NCBI GenBank assembly: GCA_963718405.1
Contig: CAVQYZ010000004.1
Location: forward strand, 66,798-130,797
Reading direction: 5' to 3'
DNA: 64,000 bases
DNA from: an uncultured Acidimicrobiaceae bacterium
GTDB taxonomy: Bacteria; Actinomycetota; Acidimicrobiia; Acidimicrobiales; RAAP-2
A program made the translations under genes and the position numbers. The notes below the pieces were generated by a model. The model was given only the letters and a program-made list of their open reading frames with translations, had not been told where the DNA came from and did no database searches. Each line of letters opens with the position of its first letter. Positions within the stretch are counted from its first letter, which is position 1. This document shows positions 51,253 through 59,101 of the stretch, one piece after another.

Positions 51253-51415
51253 TTACCAGCGAATAGGTGAAGTAGTCCCGGCTAGTGACAAATCTGAGTT
51301 GAATAGATTGACTTGATGCAGCGCTCAAAAGAATGACCGGGCGAATGTTCGACATTACGGATCGTCCGACGAGTTTTGTCTTGCACACGAAGAGCGATCC
51401 CGGCTTGCTTCACGT

Positions 51416-52799
51416 TTGATCGAACTAGAGAACCTCGATACGCGCCTGCATGACGAACTATTACAAGTCATCTCAGAGTCCGCTTCTGCACTTGAGATCG
51501 AACTTCCTTTCAATGTCCTCGAAATGACGTCGAGAGTGCGGCGACTGGTCGAAAAAGTGTTACTCGAACGTGGCGAATCCTTTGTCGCAGCGGTTCAGTC
51601 GGGGTCGCTTGCCCTTTGCAATCAGGATGAATTGCGTGAACTGGTTGTGGACGATCTTGGAAATCATGGAGGCATCACCGGGAACCAGGCCGACTATGTA
51701 ATCCTCGTTCTTACCGCACTCCAGAATGTCCTTCTTCACCCGACCGAGGAAGTCTCAAATATCTGGAGAAGCCTCTCCAACTCATACACTCTCTTCTCAC
51801 TGGTGCGCGCTACCCCAAATGTTCAGAAGGCACTTGTGAAGATTTACTCAGGTGGAGAAATATGGCTTGACACCTCGGCGGTCCTTCCATTGTTTGGTGA
51901 GCGCTTGGTGCCAGTGGAAGAACGACGATTCTCCACAATTGTTCTGGCCGCGCAATCAGCTGGAGTGACATTTCATGTCACTCCAGGTGTCACTGAGGAG
52001 TTGGAGCGCCACATAAATCGGTGTTTGATATTTCGGTCGATACCTAGATGGGAAGGGCAGGTTCCGTTTTTGTATACCGAGTTCATCAAGAACGGCGGAC
52101 GACCTGTCGGTTTGCCGGGTGGATAAGAAATGCCGCGGTGCAATCCGACCGGTCGATGACTTGCAGAGTATTTGGCCGATGAACTCCGCATTACGGAGAT
52201 ATCGCTCGCTGATGATGCTAACAGTGCCACCGACGACTTGAGATTCGCGGTGAAAGAAATGTGGACCGAAGTTCAAGATCAAAGAAGATCACGATCCCAC
52301 GGCGGAATCGATCCGGTGGTTGCACTGAGACTTGCCGAACACGACACTGAGAACTACGTGGGCGTGCTCGCAGAGACGTAGACAACGACGAGATGGGCCA
52401 TTCGAATACGACAAGTTCGTGGCTCATATTGATCGTAAAGCCTTCGGAATGCACCGGAAGCTGGCAGATCACTTGGGCTGCCCACCTATCGCATCACCTG
52501 TATTAAGTCCAGATTTCCTTGCTAACTATCTAGCGATAGGTCCCATAAGGGAACACATTGATAAGGGCATCGAGGCAACATTGCCACTCATGGTTGATGT
52601 TGGCCTGCTTGATGCCGTTCCCGAGGAAGTTCTAAGTGCGGCCGAAACTGCTCGCAGCGAGTTCGATGGCTTGGCACCGAGAGTCTTGAGGCGGCGCATC
52701 CGAGATCGCATTGATCTCGACAAACAAATGCTTGCCTCAGGTGCATCTTCGGAAAATGATGATGGATCAGGAGACGAAGAGTTGATAGCAGCGACCTAG
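51416..52799 (+). pseudogene. hypothetical protein with a PIN-like core; 5' end unclear, at least 3 frame or stop disruptions
   Basis: GEIWLDTSAVLPLF...VTFHVTPGVTEELERH (PIN-like acidic motif). TAA at 52124 and TGA about 30 nt later. Continues as LAEYLADELRITEISL...HDTENYVGVLAE, then frame-shifts to PFEYDKFVAHIDRKAFGMHRKL... Confidence 0.45.
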
Positions 52800-52900
52800 A
52801 GGATCCGGCGGCATCCTTTGGACTCAGCTTTGCACGCCCGAGTACGAATGTCAAGGGAGTCTCAAGGTCCCCCGTCCGGGTGAGCGGAAGACGACGGAGT

Positions 52901-53658
52901 TCAGAGGCGGAAGTCGCTCTTCTTCAGGACCGATATTCGGGATTCGAGAAATCGAATCGTCGTCCCGGCATCCCATTCTCGGCGCTGATTTCCGTAAGCA
53001 GGAAAGCCGCCAGCAGCCTTGAGCATGCCGGCGAGATGGAGGAGATTCCAAGTCATGAAGGTGGTATTGCGATTGGTGAATTCGTTCTCCACTCCCACCC
53101 GACTGCCATCCTCAAGTTCGTCCCCGTAGCTAGGACCTGGTCCGGCCTCTCCGATCCATCCGGCGTCTGACTGGGGTGCGATCGAGTACCGATGTGCTGA
53201 AGGCTGTAGAGAACATTCGAAGCGCAGTGCTTGATACCGTCCTCGTTTCCCGTAATCAGGCATCCTCCGACTTTGCCGTAGTAGAGCCATTGGCCCTTGT
53301 CGTTGAGCTCACCGGAGTGGGCATAGAGCCGTTCGATCACCTTCTTGGTCTCGCTGCTGTTGTCGCCAAGCCAAATCGGGCCGCCGATGACGAGGATGTC
53401 CGCGGACATCACCCTTCCGAAGAGCTGAGGCCATTCGTCCTTCGCCCAACCGTGTTCACACATATCGGGATACACGCCTGTGGCGATGGCGTGGTCGACG
53501 GAGCGGAATTGGTCGACCGTACACCTTGCTTGGCCATGATTGCTGCGCTGACGTCAATCAGGCGCTGCGTGTGGCTCAGCTCCGGCGACCGTGTCAGTGT
53601 CGTGTTGATGAATAGCGCTGCGAGGCTCGAAAAATCTGTGTGGCCAGTCGGTGTCCAT
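52901..53658 (-). pseudogene. flavodoxin-like-fold NAD(P)H-dependent FMN reductase, two frame breaks
   Basis: ALFINTTLTRSPELSHTQRLI / ADILVIGGPIWLGDNSSETKKVIERLY...GKVGGCLITGNEDG / PQSDAGWIGEAGPGPSYGDE...NTTFMTWNLLHLAGMLK, in three frames. Confidence 0.6.
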
Positions 53659-54020
53659 GGAAATGCAGTCCTCCGATCACTGTTGGTGTTACAGAGCATT
53701 GCCGATTGAGTGCCCCCAGGTGTTGATGCTGGCACCAGCCCCCCCGCATAGAGACGCCAGTTGTGTGTAGGAATAAACGCTGCGCATTGACCGTCGTGGG
53801 CGTAGGTCGTGAGCCGGGTTAGCTGAGGACCCTTGTTTCCCTGCAGATCAATTGTCCGGGCAGTCGCCGTGTACCGCGTACCCATCGAAATGGCGGCGTA
53901 GAGACTGAGGATGGACGTGCCCGAACGTTGATGCTCAGACTCGCTCTGGCCTAGGGCTGATCCAAACCCAAGCGCTTCGCTAGTGTTGACAAACGGAAAG
54001 GCGACTAGGAGGAATCGGCA

Positions 54021-54397
54021 GTGCCGGCAGACTTGGACGTTGCTCGCGTCAACTGGACTCGGGTCCCCTTCATCACTTCAGGGACTGGCCCCAGGTGGGA
54101 TTCGAAAAGGGTTACCCGGGCGTTTACTCGATTTGGCGTGAGTCCAAACTCATCTACATTGGAATGAGCTGGCAGGATGGAAGTGTTGTAAATCGAGCCC
54201 CTGGACTTTTTGGCCGCCTCAAGAGTCACGCAAGCGGTCGGCGCTCTGGAGATCAGTTCAATATTTACATATGTGACCGATACGTGGTGCCCGAGTTGAC
54301 GCAAGAGCAGCGAAATGACCTTCGAGATGGTGCCCGTATTCTTGATGGGCTTACCCGCGATTTCATTGCTCTCAACTTGCCTATCGGATCTGGATAG
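54021..54397 (+). CDS. GIY-YIG nuclease-domain protein; frameshift in the C-run at 54065-54068
   Basis: TTGACA at 53986. AGGAGG at 54007-54012, 8 nt before the GTG at 54021. After the break, the motif YPGVYSIWRESKLIYIGMS plus a conserved Arg context (GLFGRLKSH). Confidence 0.6.
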
Positions 54398-54596
54398 CTC
54401 CAGACGGGAACACAGCAAGGGCGGTGGAACTGATCCTGCGCTCGGAGGGTCTTGCATCAGGAGGGCGCCCGCAGTTGAACCCCGGGTCAGTCTCGAAGTC
54501 GGGCATTTAGCAACCCACATTTTCGAAGGCATTGGGCGGATCTGTCGAAACATAAACGTCGCGGCAGAAAAAGCCCTCAGCCGTTGAAGCGTGCGT

Positions 54597-54753
54597 CCTC
54601 AGCTGCTTGAGCTGAGGTGACCAATCCTCAGCCTCTGGAGGTGAGGTGCTGCCTGTGAGCCTCGGTGCACAGTGCCGAGGCGGCGAGATGGTGTTCAACC
54701 GCAGGGGTTGAGGCCGCCGCCCCACGATCCGGGTTCGAGTCCCATCACCTCGA
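54597..54753 (+). other. structured non-coding patch: four consecutive hairpins ending in a tRNA-like T-arm/acceptor fragment
   Basis: CCTCAGCT-gcttg-AGCTGAGG. CCTCAGCCTC-tg-GAGGTGAGG. GCCTCGG-tgcacagtg-CCGAGGC. GGCGGC...GCCGCC. Then GGGTTCGAGTCCC-A-TCACCTC-G. Confidence 0.35.
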
Positions 54754-55156
54754 CGGTGTTGTCAGAATCACAACGCTTTCCTTGGTGGATGCGTGTTCTT
54801 GGCGTCCGGTCAATGCCCGTCAGCGAGTGCATCAGGCCGTGCCCGACGACATCGTCAACGAAGCCCGCCGGCAGCTGCCGGAAAGTGGCGCGGCTGCCTT
54901 GTCGGTTCCGACAGGAGTTCGAAACTAGTCCTACCCGTGCGATGCCGACCTCGCGGTGAACGATCCCGAACCCGAAGTGCCCTCCGGTGCGAACCTTTCA
55001 CGCCGTGTCTCCCAGTTCAGCAGTCCAAGAGGGGTGCGAACATCGTCCCGTGGCTTCCACCAAGTTGTGAGAATGGCAAGAGCGGGCCAATCTTGGCCGG
55101 TTTTCGGCGCGTCGAAGCGTGTTGCTCAGGGCGAATGGCCGGGGACCCAGGCCCCG

Positions 55157-55675
55157 CTACCAGCCCTGCGTCCCGGGGCCGCCTTTGAACGGCCCAACCA
55201 GGTTGGCGGTGATCCAGCCGCCGTAAAAGCCTCCGGGCTGGGGCTCGACCTCCTCGTCACCTAGCAGACAACGGTCCATGGGGGCAGGGTAGAAGGCCAC
55301 GAAGCCACCGATGGCGGCGAACATGGCATTCGGGTGGTCGTACCCCCAGGCGGCGGCCGGCGCCACCGCCTCCCCCACGGTGACGTCGTAGTAGTGGGCC
55401 GTGCCCTTCCACTCGCAGAACGACGTCTGACGGGTCCGTGTGAGGCAGCCCTCCAGGACGTCGCTGGGGGGCAGGTAGTAGTTAGGTGGATGGCTCGTCT
55501 CGAGGACCCGGAAGCCTCCGACGGTGTCGGCGACGGTGACGCCGGCGAACACCACCCGGATGCGTGTGGCGACCGGCTCCAGGCGGGGTGGTCGAGGATA
55601 GTCCCACACTGATTCCTGACCGGGTCCGAGGGGTGCGCCGGAGCGGTGGCGGTTGCCGGGACGTGGGATCCTCAT
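55157..55675 (-). CDS. DUF427 domain protein
   Basis: SVWDYPRPP, TSHPPNYYLP, FCEWKGTAHYY and GFYGGWIT are the hallmarks of DUF427. Confidence 0.85.
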   Translation of the reverse strand: MRIPRPGNRHRSGAPLGPGQESVWDYPRPPRLEPVATRIRVVFAGVTVADTVGGFRVLETSHPPNYYLPPSDVLEGCLTRTRQTSFCEWKGTAHYYDVTVGEAVAPAAAWGYDHPNAMFAAIGGFVAFYPAPMDRCLLGDEEVEPQPGGFYGGWITANLVGPFKGGPGTQGW

Positions 55676-56045
55676 GTCACCAGCATGCCCGCCCCGGGGG
55701 CCGCCCGTCGGGTCGCCCTACTCCCGGGCGTGCTGCAGGCTCGAGGCAGTGGGTTCCATCTGCGCTCGCTGAGCAATCTCCACAGCTCATCCCGCTCCTC
55801 GGTGCCCAAAGGCCGAACGGCTGCGACGGGCCGAGAGTGCCACCTGTAACCACCGCCAACGAACGCGGAGTTCAAACGAGCGGCTGCGATAGCTCCCCGT
55901 AGGTCGATCGGGTGGGCTGGGCACGGTGGCCTCGGGGTCGGGGCAGTAGATGGAGATGCGCCGGGTGATGGCGATGATCGCTTCGGCGTCCTCACCCGAG
56001 TTATAGGTCCATCCAAGGCTCCGACCAGTGTGAAGGCGGCGCTAG

Positions 56046-57130
56046 CTAGGATTCACCGGAGGGACCGAGGATCCTATTGAAATGCCCCATCTTCCGACCT
56101 GGGCTGATGTCAGTCTTGCCGTAAAGATGCAAAGAGATGTCGGGTGCGCCCAAGAGTTTCTCCGCCTCGACTACTTCATCGCCGATCAGGTTCGTCATGA
56201 CGACGTTCGAGTGCCTCGCTCCGCTACCTAATGGGTACCCGACAATGGCGCGAATATGCTGCTCGAACTGATCGACTATGCAGCCATCTTGGGTCCAATG
56301 CCCCGAGTTGTGTACCCGTGGTGCGATCTCGTTAACGAGGATCTCATCCGGGACGTCACAAACGTCTCCATCCCCATCACGCCGACGTAGTCCAAAGCAT
56401 CCACGATTTCGCCAGCAAGACCCTTCGCCCTCTCGCAGAGAACGTTCGACACGTGTTCGGCAGGCACTGTCGTGGTGTGAAGAATCCCGTCTCGATGGAC
56501 GTTCTCACCCGGATCAAAGCAGACCACCTCTCCCGACCGGGATCTGGCCGCGATGACCGAAACCTCGCACCGGAACTCGATAAATCCTTCGAGGATGCAC
56601 GGGGCCCCCTTCAGCGACGCCCACGCTTCCCTCGCTTGGTGGGGCTGGGTGAGCCGAACCTGTCCTTTGCCGTCGTAGCCGAGCGACCGGGTCTTCAGAA
56701 TCGACGGCGTCCCAATTCGGGCGATGGCCACCTCGAGTTCGGCTTCTGTTTCGACGTTGGCATACGGTGCCGTGCCAAGGCCGAGGTCCGAGATGAAGTC
56801 CTTCTCCGTGAGACGATCCTGACTGATGGAAAGGGCGTTCCGACCAGGCAGAACGTCGCAGTGAGACTCCAAGCCATCGAGAACTTGGGAAGGGACATTC
56901 TCGAACTCATAGGTAATGACGTCGACCGAATTGGCGAATGCCTGCAAGGCCGCCGAATCTGCGTACTCGGCCTGTGTGGTTCGGCTGGCAACCTGTCCTG
57001 CTATGGGCGAGGACTCCGGTGAGAAGATATGGGTGCCGAGACCAAGCTGCGAGGCTGAAACAGCCAGCATGCGACCGAGCTGGCCTCCGCCAAGGATCCC
57101 GACGACTTTCACGCCACGCTCACTACTCAT
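56046..57130 (-). CDS. purK: N5-carboxyaminoimidazole ribonucleotide synthase; frameshift in the G-run at 56350-56352
   Basis: [16 protein letters not shown]-grasp [34 protein letters not shown]. After the break: [22 protein letters not shown]...GRKMGHF. The start overlaps the purE stop by 8 nt. Confidence 0.85.
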
Positions 57131-57614
57131 CGAGTGGATCTTCAGCGACCGATTCCGACTGAGCTGCACGCCACTGATCCAATCTGGCGGCCACGGCCAC
57201 GTCCGTGATCGCCAAGATAGAAGCAGCCATGAGACCGGCATTTGCGGCGCCGGCCGCTCCGATAGCCATGGTGCCAACCGGGACACCCTTCGGCATCTGC
57301 ACGATGGAATAGAGACTGTCGAGCCCGCTCAGTGACCTTGAGTGGATAGGAACGCCCAATACAGGGAGTCGTGTATTGGCGGCCATCATGCCCGGCAGAT
57401 GAGCGGCACCCCCCGCTCCGGCGATAATTACCTGCAGGCCTCGCCCTACCGCAGCAAGTCCGTATGATCTGAGACGTTCCGGGGTGCGGTGAGCAGAAAC
57501 AATTTTTGACTCATAACTAATTTCCAGTTCATCGAGTACTGCTGCGGCGTCTTTCATTGTTGCCCAGTCCGATTGGCTGCCCATTACGATGCCAACCGCT
57601 ATTTCATTCATCAT
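57123..57614 (-). CDS. purE: N5-carboxyaminoimidazole ribonucleotide mutase
   Basis: [36 protein letters not shown] and VGTMAIG are canonical PurE blocks. Confidence 0.9.
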   Translation of the reverse strand: MMNEIAVGIVMGSQSDWATMKDAAAVLDELEISYESKIVSAHRTPERLRSYGLAAVGRGLQVIIAGAGGAAHLPGMMAANTRLPVLGVPIHSRSLSGLDSLYSIVQMPKGVPVGTMAIGAAGAANAGLMAASILAITDVAVAARLDQWRAAQSESVAEDPLDE

Positions 57615-57850
57615 CTGGATCCTCGGGTAGATCAGCGTCGGTCTGAAGATTTACCGGTATCGTAGGTGCTATCCCGCTGGGCGTGTTCTCTCGTCCGTCG
57701 GTTGATGCACATCCTCACCGGGAGGGATGGTGGGCACGGCTCCGGCAAGGATTGAGTTGAAGGTGGTCCAAGAGCTCCGACCTCAGGATCCCCAGGACAA
57801 GACGCACCACGGGACCGGCACTTCGGTCCCGTGGGAGACGAGGGTCTGAT

Positions 57851-57865
57851 CTGCTTGAGCTGAGG
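57851..57865. repeat. 15-nt CTGCTTGAGCTGAGG, identical to 54603-54617
   Basis: Exact 15-mer shared with the hairpin at 54597-54617. Here the left arm has degenerated (TCTGAT instead of CCTCAG). Confidence 0.5.
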
Positions 57866-57929
57866 CGGTCGTTGATGGCCGCGGCTCTGTCAGGTTGACC
57901 ACGCCGTGAGTTGCCGCCGGCATCTAGGG

Positions 57930-58856
57930 CTAGAAGGCGTTCCAGTAGAGAAGGTTGCCCTCTGACGTCGCGACCAAGGGCACGAGGACGACGCTGTAAT
58001 CAGGGGTGGCATAGCCCGACACCGAGATTCCAATCGCCGCTCCATCACCGGATCCGACGGCTGATCCATAGAACGGAGCGTCCCCGAACGCAAATACTCC
58101 TCCATCTGCGCCCACGAGGACGTAACCGAACAATGCAGGATAAGACGGAAACTGGGAGGCCGCTGATGACGTCGACGCGATGCCGACAACAGGCGCGTTC
58201 AGAAGTTGACCGCCCATCGAGCCCTCGAATGGGGCGTCGCCGAAGGAGAACACACCGCCGTCACTGGCGACGAGCCAGTAGCCCTGGCCACTCGGAGTCG
58301 AGGTGATTCCCACGATCGGCTGGTTCAGGGGCTTGCTCCCCATCGAGCCGTAATAGTGGGCGTCGCCGAATGAGAACACTCCGCCGTCCGAGGCGACCAG
58401 CCAATACCCCTTGCCGTCTGGTGTGGTGGCGATACCGACAACAGAAGCGTTTAGGCGCTGACCGCCCATCGAACCATAGAACACCGCACCGTGAAAGGCG
58501 AAGACACCACCGTCGCCAGCTGCGAGCCAGTAGCCCGTTCCCGACGCCCCTATCCCCACGATCGGTGAGGCAAGGGCTTTTCCGTTAATCCCCTGAACTT
58601 GGCTTCCGTTGCCGTTGAACACTGCTCCCGTGCGGGTCACCGACAAGGGATCGGCCGAATCTGTGACGGTGAACGCGACGATGGGGGGGCTTCCAACGGG
58701 ACATGGCCCGAACAGAGTCTGACCAGATGCAGTAGTAGAGGTGAGGCATCGGACCTCGGCGGGTTGCGCGCCAGCTTGGCCAGGTAACGCAGTGGCGGCC
58801 ACGATCACGATCAGAACTGTCGCACCGCAGAGTCGCCAAAATGTCAGTGGCCTCAT
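57930..58856 (-). CDS. secreted protein built from GYWLVASDGGVF repeats (paralogue of the 41585-43204 N-domain)
   Basis: Signal MRPLTFWRLCGATVLIVIVAATALPGQAGA. About 5 repeats of ..VVGI..TP.G.GYWLVASDGGVFSFGDA.F.GSMGG..LN. Confidence 0.7.
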   Translation of the reverse strand: MRPLTFWRLCGATVLIVIVAATALPGQAGAQPAEVRCLTSTTASGQTLFGPCPVGSPPIVAFTVTDSADPLSVTRTGAVFNGNGSQVQGINGKALASPIVGIGASGTGYWLAAGDGGVFAFHGAVFYGSMGGQRLNASVVGIATTPDGKGYWLVASDGGVFSFGDAHYYGSMGSKPLNQPIVGITSTPSGQGYWLVASDGGVFSFGDAPFEGSMGGQLLNAPVVGIASTSSAASQFPSYPALFGYVLVGADGGVFAFGDAPFYGSAVGSGDGAAIGISVSGYATPDYSVVLVPLVATSEGNLLYWNAF

Positions 58857-59101
58857 AAGCCATTCCTGCTCTCGGATCAGCATGTATTCACGACAAACGG
58901 GTTGATCCCGCTCGACGATCGAAAGTCCGTCTCCGTCTCTCGATTGTACGGCACCTAGATTTGGCCAGTGGGTTAAGCCTCGTCCCTGAGCCCGCGATCT
59001 GGCGAAGAACTCGTGCGATCGGGACCCCGGATCCCCCTGAGATCAGCGTTGGCGGGAGTTTGCATTCGGATCTATCGCCTCGGAGTCGGCCAGCTCGATT
59101 C

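Larger units (their letters stand above)
38359..54753. mobile_element. putative integrated element / genomic island (left end at the integrase; right end tentative)
   Basis: Holds a tyrosine integrase, two toxin-antitoxin-type modules, patchy low-GC blocks (44.7-45.2 kb, 49.3-54.6 kb), many broken genes and a tRNA-like 3' fragment at 54.73 kb. No direct-repeat att pair was found by eye. Confidence 0.35.

Noticed and set aside
54676-54752. Possible 77-nt tRNA gene: acceptor GAGGCGG / TCACCTC and a T-loop GGTTCGAGTCC.
   Set aside because: No D-arm or anticodon stem-loop can be folded. The T-stem is only 3 bp, and the acceptor stem has a mismatch plus a G-U pair. It is kept only as a tRNA-like fragment within the structured patch.
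54780-55156. Protein-like minus-strand stretches downstream of DUF427, for example FRQLPAGFVDDVVGHGLMHSLTGIDRTPR.
   Set aside because: There is no ORF of 60 aa or more, no start codon and several frame interruptions. One frame reads straight through the tRNA-like fragment. Treated as non-coding or decayed.
55672-56045. 114-aa ORF whose stop overlaps the DUF427 start (ATGA), plus a second frame with good codon bias (GWTYNSGEDAEAIIAITRRISIYCPDPEA).
   Set aside because: The two protein-like pieces are in different frames and neither has a canonical start, and I recognise no family. This is probably another broken small gene, but the call would be a guess.
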